DNA of 64,000 nucleotides from the human T2T-CHM13v2.0 reference genome, Homo sapiens: the NCBI RefSeq assembly GCF_009914755.1, contig NC_060926.1; one strand, given 5' to 3'. Below the pieces are notes generated by a model. It was not told where the DNA came from and ran no database searches. It saw only the letters and a program-made list of their open reading frames with translations. Of this stretch, positions 24,349-37,532 are shown one piece after another (the first letter of the stretch is position 1; every line of letters begins with the position of its first letter). The position numbers and the translations under genes are program-made.

Positions 24349-27067
24349 AGTTACCTGTGTGCTATTAAATGTGACAGTGCCGATAATAGTGTTACATTCT
24401 CTGGTTAAGTGTTTCCTGAGAATTTTGGTCTTCCTTAATGGTGCACATTAGTTATAGACTCTTAACCCGTGAGATACATTCCAGTGGTTCGTTTCTAAGA
24501 ATCGATGTAATATTATGCACTTTGTAAATAGCTTATAGAGGATAAGCTATGACTCCTGAAATAAATATTATTCAAACTGCTTCCATTTTCATTTCCCTTA
24601 TCACTATAACAACCACACCCAACTTTGCAATTAAATTGTGTTGTCTATCTGCTTCCCGCACACTAGTGAAGCTGACCCTATTGAATTCAAAGGAAATATG
24701 AGAGATAAAGTCGAAAACTGTCTTCCTTTTGTTGACATTTCTAAAGCAACAAGTCAGAAAGCTTGACTCCCTTTAGGTAGACCAGAGCTGCTACGGGTCA
24801 TGATTAGATGGTATGTCCACTAGTAACTGTGATGACGCCCAACAGAATTATTTGAAACATTCTCAGTAAATAACCAAGAACTCCAGTAAGCAAAAGGGGA
24901 GTAGCTGTTAACTTGCAGTTTCAGTTTTCTACAAATGGGGGCGCAGGGGGTGGGGGGCGCACGGAATACCGAGGACAAAGGTAAAGATCGACATAGAATG
25001 GAAGTCACCAGATTTCTGCGTTTAACCCATTCTTGCCCAGCCCAAGTGAAATTGTGTTTTGGAGAAGCCTCCATATTTGGCCATCGAGAGATTGGCAGTG
25101 GGAATTCTTGGCTGTATTTTACTGCTCTCTTTATTGAAATATTTGCCACATCTGACAGTTCTGTCACTGTTCAGTTCAGAGGGATTTTTAAATCATATAC
25201 TGACTTTGATGCTTCATGGATTTGTATTATTTGTGTATTCCTCAGTCATACTAACCTTTGTATCAAGATTTTTGCCATATGACTCATATCAAAGTTTTTA
25301 AGACATATTTAAAACAAATGAATTTTAAATAGTGGCCCATTTGCTATATGTTAAATTTGATATACAAAATTTTATACATCTTAAATTTATATATCTTTGA
25401 TATCTTAAATTTGGTATACAAATGGTGGCCCATTTGATATATGTTTGCTTAACATAATGTAACATGATTGATTTTGTTATATTTCCCATGAGCTGAGGTA
25501 CTGTTGTTTTCTATTACCAGAGAAGACATTTCAGATCTTTTAAATCTTATGTGAAGTACTTCCTAAGAAGAGAAGTAAAATGAGTATATCTCACATTAGT
25601 TACTATTATCTGCAGCATCAAAAATAAATGAATATCCCCAGGAAAAAGGTTATAAAATTACAACACCTAGACACATTGAGGTAGGTAGTAAATGTGAAAT
25701 GGGCTTACGAATGACTTTATTCACTTACTGGCATTTGGGAGGGACTCAGGCTGTCAGGAAAATGAACCAATCTGTATTAATATAAAGCGCTAGAAATATA
25801 AATAAATCATGTTTGAAAGCGATACCAGGATTTTCCTTGAATGCTGCTGAATAAATTCTGCTTGTTAAATGTCAGTGAAATGTATGTCACCTGCATGCAT
25901 AAAGTGAGAGGGCCACAAAAAACATCCACTTACCACTTTGAAATATGTAAGCCCTTTAATGTTCCTTTGACCTTCAGTTAAAGGACATAGTCTCATAGCA
26001 GAGGAAATGCCTCAAATTCTAGCATCTGGGTTTGTTTCTTTATACTTTTTTGGCATAGTTACAACAGTAGGGCTTTTCTGTCCTTTAATTTTTTTCACAG
26101 TACAGTCAACACAGGCTTTTCACACAAGCGGGAAAGGACGGTTGTGAGGCCAAAAGCAATATGTTTCTTCTCTGTGCTCCACGGCAGAGCCTAATTGAAT
26201 GGCTTGTTGTTTCAGAGAGAGCCCAGAACCAACAAGCAGACAAACAGAATCCCACACAAATACAAATTGCGTATAAAATTAGATACCTACACACGTGCGT
26301 ATCAATGGATATGTACTAAAAATGCAGTCAGCGATCTCTTATTTTGAGCTCATTGGCTTAGTCACCGTGTTCCAATTCTTTCATCTTTGCAGTTTTTGGA
26401 TTTTCATCTGAATTTTCAGCTGGCTAAAGATGTTTCTTCTACAGCTGAAAAGAGAACCTAGTTTCATTACATACACTTGTAAAGTGTATGTATTTGGATG
26501 GGGGTGCTCTATTTCAGCCCTATTCATATGTCAACCATATTGTCATTTATCATTAGCAAAAGGTCACTTTTAAGCTTTGCAGAATGAAACGGTGAGATCC
26601 GATTTTCCATTAATTAAAAAATATACATCATAACAGTATGCTGGAGACATCTTCATATATTTGTGTTTTCCCTGCTTTACATCCAATAGGTTTCTGTGTA
26701 TGAGCTTCTCCTGAGACTGAATAATAGCAGCACACCCTAATGCACCTTTTTTAATGGGAATTCAGTTGGGTACCATATGCCTTTCTCACTGCTGAAGGCC
26801 TTCATGCTTTGGCATCTCTGCTCTCATCTTACCGGTGATTGTGGGCCATTTGTCTGGTTCTGACATGGAAATATTAGGAAGCAGTGCTGTTATATACAAA
26901 TCCTTATAGCCTTAAAATTAAATGCAGCTCTCAAAAGCAGCCTAAAAGTTAAATGACACACAAAAGCTTGTTTTGTCTGAAGTTTATATGTTTATTCTGT
27001 AGAGTTACATTGGATAGGGTAGTTATCAGCCCTTAGCAAATGCCTACTTAGTTTTCCTTAATCTGTT

Positions 27068-27900
27068 ATTCATTCATTCATTCAACAAATATTTATTGAG
27101 CGCCTGCTCTGTTCAGACACTGTGCTAGATTCAGGGCAAACAAGACAGATAAGGTTCTAGTCCCCCCCCGAGCTTTCAGTCTTAAGTGGCAAAAATAAAA
27201 TTATGTGATTGCTGTTGACGTACAGGGTACTGAGACTGAGATAGGATAGCTTGAGAAAGTCTCTCCTCTGAAGAGCTGATGTTTTAAGTTGGACTGAAAG
27301 GTAAGAAGGAGCTGGCTGTGCAAAGAGCTCGTGGAAGAACATTCTAGACAGAGTGAACTTGCCCATGTTCAGTGACCCCAGTATGGGAGAAAGAGTTTTG
27401 TGTCCCGAGGGACTTAAAGTTGTGATGTGGCTGTAGTGTATTGAGTGAGTGTTGGGGAGAGTGGCAGAAGAGGAAGCTGGAGAGGCAGGGAAGGGCTCAG
27501 TTACACAGACAACATGGTAAGGAGTTTGGATTTTATTCTAAGTATAATAGGAATCCATGAAAGAGTTTGAAGCTTCAGATGGAGATGAGAGGATGCCCTT
27601 TTTAAGATCAACTGTGGCTGCCATGTGGAAAATGGATTGTAGCGGGAAGCTAGAGTAGAATCAGAAACATTATTTAGGCCACTGAAGAAGAGCCCAGCCA
27701 GGAGACTGCTATGTGGCTGGACCAGGGTGCTAGCAGAGGAGTTGGATAGATTCTCTGTTCCATTTGGAAATACAGTTAAAAGGGCTCAATTAGGTTGGAT
27801 TTGGGGGTGAGGTTGGGGGTAGACTTCAGAGTGACCCCAGGGTTCTGGCTTGAGCAGTTGGTACCATTTCCTAAGATGGGTAAGACTGGGCAAAAACTAA
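27068..27900 (-). mobile_element. L2 (well-preserved 3' end)
   Basis: attcattcattcattcaacaaatatttattgagcgcc is the canonical antisense L2 tail, followed by collinear L2 text. Confidence 0.85.
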
Positions 27901-28586
27901 GGGGAGTCAAAATTACCTGCTTGAGAAACTGAGAGTATACTGGAGGCAGAAGTGATTCTGAGTCCTTTTCTTCGTGTGGTGATGCTATTTGGAAATCAAG
28001 TCATTAGAGTGTTTCACTACCTGGAACACATCAGTAAAATTGTGAAAATTCCACCTTGGTAGCTCTTGGTTACAGCTCTTCAGCTTTGTCTTGTGCTGTT
28101 TTATCTAATCCTCTGTCTCTTCTGTAGGCTGTTTCTCTGACCTTTGGAGAAGGCTTTTGTTTCTTCCCCAGGGATGTCAACACAACCCATATCCCAATTT
28201 GTTTGGCTTCCCTTTAAAATTGTTCATAGATTCTTTCTGTAAGTTTTTCACTACATGCATCTACTATTTCAGGCATGATTATCGTCACACTAGAATCCCG
28301 GTGGAACCAAGGCTAGCTGGGGGAAATGAAAGATTGTGAGTGTCATATCTCATGCACACTCCAGAGCATGTGGAGAAGCCCATACCATTTAAATCATTCT
28401 TCCTCCATCCCCTAACTGAGGACTTATGTGGTAGGACCTTATTATACTTAGTCTATGTCTGTGTGCTTATCATACCACATTTTATTTTCCTGTGTGCCTG
28501 CCAATATCCTCTGAAAGCAGGGACGGTGCCTGGCATCTAGGGGATAGTTAATGAGTGTCTGATGATTTAAAAAAATAATGGATTGG

Positions 28587-28903
<317 letters not shown>

Positions 28904-28907
28904 CTAT

Positions 28908-29035
28908 GGAACTAAATTATAAAAGATAACTTTCATGATATGCTAAAAAATGGGACTTTATTGCCATTGAGGAACCTAAATTATAAAAGATAACTTTCAT
29001 GATATGCTAAAAGAATGGGAACTTTATTGCCATTG
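28908..29035 (+). repeat. Tandem duplication, 62 + 65 bp
   Basis: ggaac(c)taaattataaaagataactttcatgatatgctaaaa(g)aatggga(a)ctttattgccattg occurs twice, at 28908-28969 and 28971-29035. Confidence 0.95.
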
Positions 29036-30965
29036 CAAGCTTGTGAGGAGAGAGGTAGCATGTGAAGTTAAGACTAGAATGACCGGTTCCTTGATTGAAA
29101 ACAATCAATAAAGGTGCTGTGAACAGATTATCAGAAAGTATCTGTAAGTATAAAACACATTCAGAATTTAGAAAACAAGATGTAACTCCTACTACAACAC
29201 TGCGTTTGTCTTCTGAAAGGAAGAGACATCACAGGTTTAGTATTTTTTGACCTGTCATTTGATTTTAGTTTACGCCTAATTTCATTTAAGCTTATCCTTT
29301 TGGCCATAGTCCCATTTCTTTTCAGTGTTTTTGCTGCCAGTTTTTCAGATACAGAAGGAAAGTCATATTTGCTGTGTGCAGTTGGAAGAAACCCTGGCAC
29401 AGTTCCTCCAGAAACCAAAGACAGAAATTATTAGCCATATCCAGACCAGTAGCTGACTGGCTCCAATTCTTCCTCCCATGAGCTTTCCTGATTAATGGGA
29501 GAATCTGTTCTGTAGTCGAACAGCCTCTTTCCTGAGCCCAGTCTGTCCTGGCTTCAGAGCATGACCAGCTGTGCAGCTGAAGCCATTGCCAGGGCTCTGT
29601 TTCTGATTCTGCTCCTCAGCATGTTGGAGGTGTTGGACGGGGAAGCAGAGGGGTGGGAAGAGCATCCAGGTCAGTTTAGATGTTTCAGCAGGTAACAGAC
29701 GTGGCACCGTCCACCCAGAATCCCGCCACTCCCATTGGACTCTGTCCTCTTCAGAAGGCTGTCATTCTGCATGGTGCAGATGTTGCAGTCCTTCCCTTAT
29801 TCTTTTGTCTTTTTGTCCAGACCACTTAGCTCCTGTGTCTGTGGTGATTAAATGCTTTGTAACTTTTTCTGACATCCTTTTCTTCACCCCTCTTCTCTCT
29901 TCCCCTACTGTCTCGCCCACCATACCTCTTCTGTTTTCTGTTTGCCTTTCTTTCCTCTCAGCTATTGCATTTTCCCCTTTACACTGAAATAGCTTTGTTT
30001 ATTGGCCTGTTTCCAGCAATATTAACATATTTCAATTTTTTACTCACCTGTTTACCAATTTAACAAAGCTAAGGTGGTTCATGGCAGTATTTGGGGCCTG
30101 AAATATGAAATACTGTCATAGCAGATTGTATACGTTCAATTTCTGTTACCTTTCTCTTACCTTTCTTCCTTATTCTAGACTCAATCTATTTCATTTCAGG
30201 GGTCTGTTATCTGAGTGTTTGGAGTTTGGGATCCTTGTAGGATCTTCAAAGCTAAAGACCTATCTCCACTGCATCTCTGAGATCTTAAAAACAATAATAT
30301 GAAGATCCAGAATAAATTGGTGTCAGTTAAACTCTAACCAAAGAAGGTTTAAATGCAGTGAGCATTTGAGTGATAAATAAGGTACGGCCCGAACTCAAGA
30401 GGCTTCCAGTTTTCTTGGGGAGACAGGCATGAACACCACTCACTAGAATAGAAAGTAGAATGAAATAAGTACTTTCATAATTTACAGGTACGAGAAAAAT
30501 GCACAGGATTACTGAGAAAGGAGTTATATTCTGACTAGGAAAATCAGAAATTGTGGCATTTTCTGTGAACATTGAAGGATGAACAGGATTTCAGTAAATG
30601 GAGAAGAAAGGCAGGAGGGCTTCCTAGACCAAGGAGGTGATGGTGGTGGTGGGTGGAGGAGAATTGTGCATGCCGATCTTCTGTGCAGCACTGGGTGGCA
30701 GGCACATTGCACCTAAATGAGCACTGACTATGCTTTCAAGAAGTTGGGACTAAGGGAACAGGTGCAGGTTAGAATTGTAGCCTGAAGGTAAAGTAAGAGC
30801 TCAAGGAGGAGTGTTTACTTCCTGAATTTTAGAAATGTAGCATGTTTATAAATAGAGCCAGCAGAGAGGGAGAAATTCAAGGCACAGTGCAGGAGTGCAA
30901 GGCCCCAGGTAACACGACAGACTCTTCTTTGAGTCCTGCCTCTCTCACTTTTCATGTTTGAGCTC

Positions 30966-31247
30966 TTTTTATTGTTTGCTTTTTGAGATGGTCTCGCTCT
31001 GACACCCAAGGAGAAGTGCAGTGGTGCAATTATGGTTCACTGCAGCCTCCACCTCCCCAGGCTCAGCTTCCCAAGTAGCTGGGAATATATGTGCACACCA
31101 CCCTGCCTGGCGAATTTTTGTATTTTTTGTAAAGATGGCATTTCACTGTGTTGCCTGGGCTGGTCTTGAACTCCTGGGCTCAGGCAGTCCACCCACCTCG
31201 GCCTCCCAAAGTGCTGGCATTACAGGGGTGAGCCACCGTGCCCAGCC
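30966..31247 (-). mobile_element. AluJ, antisense, TSD ttgagctcttt
   Basis: Alu consensus with ctcctgggctca. ttgagctcttt flanks both ends. Confidence 0.94.
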
Positions 31248-32904
31248 ACTTGAGCTCTTTATTCTGCCATGTCCGGGTTCCCCTTTTCTATGCAATGCAG
31301 AGGTGGTATAAAGCCACTAAACCAAGGAATCAGCTTCAGAAACAAGGTAAAGCTGCCTTCACTCAATGGGAAATCACATCTATAGATCACCGCTCTGTTG
31401 GCAGGGTCAGATGACTGAGGTGTCTTGTGTCTTGATCAAAAGTTTTGTTTCCACTGGGTCTCTGTCCTGAGGTCTCCATGGATCTGTGACCTTGGACAAG
31501 TCATTTAACCCCTAGGCACCTTCCTTGCCCTCTCTGTTAAAATGAGATGATGGTCCCAGCGCTGTCTTAGGCCTCTGTGTCACCACCACTGGAGTTGTTT
31601 AAAATCCAGGCTGTATAGGTTCTGTCTCCTCTTCTCCTCCCACTGCCTTCCCCACTTCTCCTTCCTCTCTCCTGCTGTAGTCATTAGCCTGATGTATCCT
31701 GACAGTATCCCTGTAATAAATATAAGTGGAATTTGCTAATTAAATGCTAGCATTTTTAAAGAAAGTTTCCAGCAATTGGTAGAGTAGCTGAGTGGTTTAT
31801 AGGCTTCCTATTCAAGAGGGAGGTGTCCTAAGGTTTAAAATTAAGGTTCTAGTCATAAAGGAGGCTTTTATTATTAGGACAACATGGTAATTTGGTTGAG
31901 AGAGGACTTACTCTCTGCAACATTAAAACATACATATACTTTTGACAGTTTCAGTAGTAGCTTTGTCCTTTTGATTTACTTCTTTGGACAGTTGTGATTG
32001 ACATCAGATTGAACACATGGTTCAGTAAAAACTACAGCTCCTTGAAGTACTTTTGTTAATATTCTAATCTCCTATTTGCATCATTAACAAGAGCACATTT
32101 TATTGCCGCTTGAAATAGACTCATTGACATCCCAGAATAGGTAGTTTTGATATTAGCTACTTGTTAATGCTGCCCAGGCCATTCACATTCCATGTTCTTG
32201 ATAATGTACCACGTTCTTAGTACACAGCCCTTACTTACCACATTGAAGAGACTGAATGCACTGATTTTAAGAAGGAGGTCTTGTGCCTCCTAGGGGGACT
32301 AGCTCTTTTAGTATTATTTCTCTTATTTCTGAAGCTTATGTTAGAATCTGAGCATAAAGCTTCATTTCATTTTCCCTGGAGCCAATTATGATCTCAAAAT
32401 GAGAAGTGCATGAGTAAATAAATTTAAAGGGGGCTTTTGGGAAATGTTCTGACATAGGCGATCTGCGCAGCACATCTGAAATACCTGGGATGTGGTTATA
32501 TACAGTGGTCATCATATTCAGTGGTGACATTCAGAAATGATGGCAGTTTATAAATAATCCTAATTTGTAGCAAATATGTGGCTTTAAGGCCCTGTGATGT
32601 GATTGTTTTCTTTGTTCTGTTGATCTTGTGACTTTAAAGTGGCATTCAGTTCTCTGTTCATTTTAAATGTTTGTCGCTTCTGACTTCTGTTTCCTCTTAT
32701 TGTTTTCTGTTTTTGTGTTTGAGCCCTTAACTCAGGTGTATTTATTTCCCCCTCCCAACTTCCTGCCCTCTTTCTTCTTCTGATATCTTCTCTTTGATAA
32801 CCATGTCTTCCATGTTTAGTGTTCTCTTGCCCTCCAGCAACCTATGTTAGTTTGGTTCATTTGTTTAAAAACAAATCTCCTATTTTTGAGAATGAGAATG
32901 TGGT

Positions 32905-33105
32905 GTTATTAACTAACATTTAGAGCATGCTTATATATCAGATGTCCCCAGGCATTTTCTATGGATTATGTTATTTAATATACCCAAGAATCCCATGAAG
33001 TAAGTTAAAGGGGTGAAGTAACTTGCCCAAGATTTCACAGCAGGGAGAGGTAGAGCCGAGGTTGGAACCCAGATGGTTTCATTCTGGATCTCCTATTCAT
33101 AACCA
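32905..33105 (-). mobile_element. MIR
   Basis: gtgaagtaacttgcccaagatttcacagc...agagccgaggttggaacccag. Confidence 0.75.
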
Positions 33106-34499
33106 ATCCTGTTACTTTATTGTCTCAACTGTTCAGTCCGTCAAGATTTAATGATCACCAGCGTTGTCCCAGGCACAGTGCAGACACAAGGACACTAGAT
33201 CCCTTTCTCTTGCCATATGTACGGGGTCTTAAGTGCCATTTGAGAGGTTCTTCCATAGCACCTGTGCATGCCAGTGCCTAACTCTTTTCAAAAGTTCAGG
33301 AGGTCTTCATCCCTGTGGAGCTGAGGTTTGCAGGATAATTAAGAGTTTGCCAGCTGGGGAAGCAGAGAAGGCATAGGGACATGGGGTAAGAAAGGAGAGC
33401 ACAGTCGACACTGCAACAGCTCTCATGTGACTGGAGCATAGGTGCTGCCATAGCAGAACAGATGGGCAGTTGGGGAATACGTCGTGGGGTTGGTTGAGTC
33501 CAGGTGGCCAAGGGCTTTGAGTGTCATGGCACAGAATTTGGACTTCATTTTTCAGCCATTTAGGAAGCTAGTACAACCTTCTTGAGTCTCTCCTGCCTGT
33601 TTTGCCTCATTCCACAGAGGCCACTGGAGATCTGGAAACCCCGTGGTGTTTAACATTGGCAGCTGAGACCTCTACGTGATCAGCTTAGAGGAAATTTTAT
33701 TGCAGTAGCATTGTAAAAACTAGTGTTTTCATACAGTCTTTTGATCCTTGGTCCCGCATAACTACTGTTAAATCCAAAACCATAAGCAGAAATTTAACAT
33801 GAGTGCTTATATTCTTAACTTGTAAGATGAATACAGAGATACTTTCCAAAGAAGTTTTTAATGTAAATTTAAATGTATGACTTTTATGCAGGTATGGTAT
33901 GTGCTTTTTCCTGATTAAATTTCCTTTTTGGGGGAGAAATTGAGAATTTAAATGATGTCATGAAACAAAAGGCTTTGGATACTGTTGAAAAGCTGCAATC
34001 AGTACTGTTTAAAATGCTTACTCACTATTACAATTAATCTTTATAAAGCAAACATCTTTCTTGATGGGACTTTTTTCAAAAACCATTTTTATTAGTCTGT
34101 TTTCTGGTGGTAGTAAGATGACTAGATATGAGCCCAGTTTAAACTCAAATTCTTACTTTTCCACTTTCAGTAAGAAAAATAATTAGCATTAACATTTCAG
34201 TGGAATTGCAAATATATTGCCCTAGCTTACTCAGGGAAAGGGAATTACCAGCTGGCGAAAAAGCAGTAGAATGAAGTGTAGTCAGGCGTTATCTCACATT
34301 GAGATTCTTAGGTGGGGACTCTTTGAAACAAATCTCAAAAAAATTTTAAAATCCAGAAGATGGCCTCTTTTCACAGCCATTACCTTGGAGGCCCATTTTC
34401 TTGTCCTAACGTAGCTGCCCTTGCATGAAGGAGGAATGTTTTTTGTGTCTCTTGCTCTTTCCCTCCTTTCTTTCCTTCTTTCCTTTTTTTATTTTTAAT

Positions 34500-34620
34500 T
34501 GCCTTCAGTGTTTGCAGCAGTTTTTTCAATGCCTTTGGTAATGGCAAACTTTGATTTTTTGAAGTTGGATTTAATTTTGGGAAACAGCCAAAAGGCATAT
34601 GGAGTCATACCTGATTAATA
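34500..34620. mobile_element. Possible mariner-type (MARNA-like) remnant
   Basis: ggatttaattttgggaaacagccaaaagg resembles my recollection of the MARNA consensus. Not verified. Confidence 0.4.
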
Positions 34621-36444
34621 AAATAGGTAAGCACTTTGGAGAATTCTATTTTTGCTAAAACATAAGCTTAAACTATTAGGCACTGAGGCAGATTTTATTG
34701 TATATCTCATGAACTGCCTTTAAAGAAAATGTCAAAAGGAACATTACAGAAAAATGTTGAGAAGTGGCAGAATTGGGATACTAGATAGCTTCCTTAGGTG
34801 ACTTTGAAGAACAATTTTATTGATGTGAATTTATAAGTCCTATTATTTTGTTTCTTGGGGGATTTGTCTCTATTTTGCGGTTTTATCTTATATATTCAAT
34901 ATAGTTAATGTTCTTTAATTAAAAAAAATCTTTAGGATACTTTAGTAGCACTCAGTCTTTAATTTGAATGTCTGTTAGTGTAGTACTATATATGTGGGGA
35001 TATACCTGTACCAGTTAATAGAGTGTGTAGTTAATAAAAGGTGGCAGGGTGGTAAACCTTTCTCCCCCTGCATAATTGAATAGTTTTAAGTGCCATTTGA
35101 AATCCTGAATATCCAAGATTGGATTCCAATAACTGTGTAGCCTGAGAAGCTTTGCTGTCAGCAGCTGCTGGTGTTTGTAAGAGTTATTTCACTACTTATC
35201 GCTCTTCAGATTCACCATGAATTTAGGTAGTAATTTACCATTGCAGAAGGGGCAAGCTCTGCTTCTGATAGTGTTATGATACTATGTTTTTGCTTCCTTA
35301 ATGATACGATTCTTGAGGTAGAAAAATTAAAAATATGTGGTATAAATCAGCTTCATGAATTAAATTCCCCAGATTTAATGATGACAGTTTTATTCCTGGG
35401 ATGCTTACGCTATAACTCCCTAAATGCTTCATTTAATACTTCGGAAATGGTTGTTCTCATAGGAGCTGTTATTGCAAAGTCAGTAATGGCTCTGGGGCTG
35501 AAATTTGCTTTCTTAATTCTAGTCCATTGTCTTTTGTTGTCATGTTTCCTCAGTTTCCTTAGATATGTCACACCAAGGACTGGTTACAGAAATACTGCAG
35601 TGCATTATCCAATCTAAGCCTGCTTTACTTTCTTTCAAATGAGCTTTTAAGCATATAAGTAGCGTATATAATGGAAACAGAATTTAGGGTGCTTAGGTAA
35701 GAAAGGAATTACTTCCATACTAGAGTATTTTACAGCTTTGTTTGATCTCTTAATTGTCTAGATCAGAGATTCTTGGGTACTTTCAAATTCATTTTAATGT
35801 ACCATAGCCCTTTAAAAATGACAAATAAATTTAGGCAGTTTGTTTTCAGAACTGATTTGAAGAATTTCAGCATACTATTTAAGGTAAGTAGTCCTATACT
35901 GGGGATCCTAAGCTAGAGTCAGCTTGGACTCGTTGAACCACGTGACCACCCAGGGTTTCCTATAGAGCACGTTTTTAGCTATTTAAAATAATTACCATGC
36001 TGGACCTGGAGACCTGTGAATAGTCCATAAAGTTAATTACACCTTGAGACACACCCTCTGCTCAGCTACTCAAGTACCGTATCCACTTTACAATGTTCCT
36101 TTGTTAACAAGATCTATGTGGTTGAAGTATGTATTATAGTAATGTGCAATTCATTGTGTACAGACATTTCCAAAGTAAGATGATGGTAATAATTACACAG
36201 TAAAAGAGTTCAGGCCTTTTGCGATTGTTGTGTAGCTAGGATCGGAAGGCTTTGTAAACTTGATATGTTTTTGCATACTTTGGGTTGGTGCTACCTGATT
36301 ATGGTACTAAAGTATTTGAGTCCTCTGCCCTTGTATCATTTGTTTGTTAGACTTTACATTGTTGACTGGGTTCCATGATTTATAAAAAGATCCCAGAATC
36401 TTTTGTAACTATTTAAAGGTCAGCAGCTAATGATAATCAGAACT

Positions 36445-36610
36445 AATAATAGATGCTTACTTATGCACCAGGTATTAGTCTAAGCCATTGATGTGTTAGT
36501 TAATACCTCTCAACAAGTAAGTGAGGTAGAGACTTTTATTATTTTATAGATGAGGAAGCTGAAGCTAGGAAAGGTGACTGAGGCCCACAGACTTGTAGTA
36601 AGTGGTAGAA
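36445..36610 (-). mobile_element. MIR
   Basis: attttatagatgaggaagctgaagctagg core. Confidence 0.75.
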
Positions 36611-37454
36611 CAAACTAGGCAGACAGGTACGTAGGTAGGTGGATAGAAAGAAATAGAGAAAAAAAGAGATTTAAGAATAGTAGAAGGTGTCAGTAAAGGA
36701 TATAATAGCTGATTTCCTGCCTGCTGTGGTCTAGGCATTATGTTGGGCTACAAGGAAACAAAAATGTATGAAACTCAGGCCCAGTCCTCATGGAAATCAC
36801 ATTTGGTCATGGATTACCCTGATATAAGTGTAAATAATTAATGATGCAATGTGAACATTTTATAAAGTAGGTTGTGCATAAAGTCTACGAAAATAGACTG
36901 AGAGAAGGAATCCAACTTGTAGGGGAGGCAGAGATGAAGAGATATTCACAGAGGAGAAGGCTTTTGCTTAAAGATGACCACAGTGCCCTTTGAGAGTGGG
37001 AACCATGTATTGTTCAACCGTGTCTCTCCAGATCTCTAGCAAAGTGCCCAGGATGTCATGGTTGCTCAGTAAATGTTGGGTGGTAGGTGGTAGCAGTCTG
37101 GCCAGATGGGTGAATGTTGGGGAAGAGCATTGTAGGAGATGGACATATCTGATGAAAAGCACAGAGGCAGATAAGGCCATGGTATGCTCATCCACAGTAG
37201 GGCTGTGTCCTTGGGAAGTAGGACATATGGGAGCATGGCCACTGTGCTACTTCACACATCACTCTCCTTTTACTTTTAGTCTCTACTCCCAACATCCTCA
37301 CTTTACCTGCTTTAAATCGTATTTGTATTTCAAAACCCTGATAAAAATTTCTCACTTCCTCCGTGAAGTTTTTTCAGCAGTTGCCATGCACCCTAGTCTC
37401 TCCTTTCTCTAGTCACAATCCTTTTTGTTCCTGCCACTCATGAGCCTCAATGGA

Positions 37455-37532
37455 TATCTCACTTACACTGATTTGATCTTTACAAATTGTATGCATGTAT
37501 TAAATTATCATATGTACCCACCCCCAAAATAT
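37455..37532 (+). mobile_element. Short L1 (L1MA-like) 3'-end fragment
   Basis: ctgatttgatctttacaaattgtatgcatgtattaaattatcatatgtacccac. Confidence 0.65.

Noticed and set aside
28908-29035. Repeats as a CRISPR-like array or other prokaryotic system
   Set aside because: Two adjacent copies with no spacers, no cas genes, and a clearly primate context.
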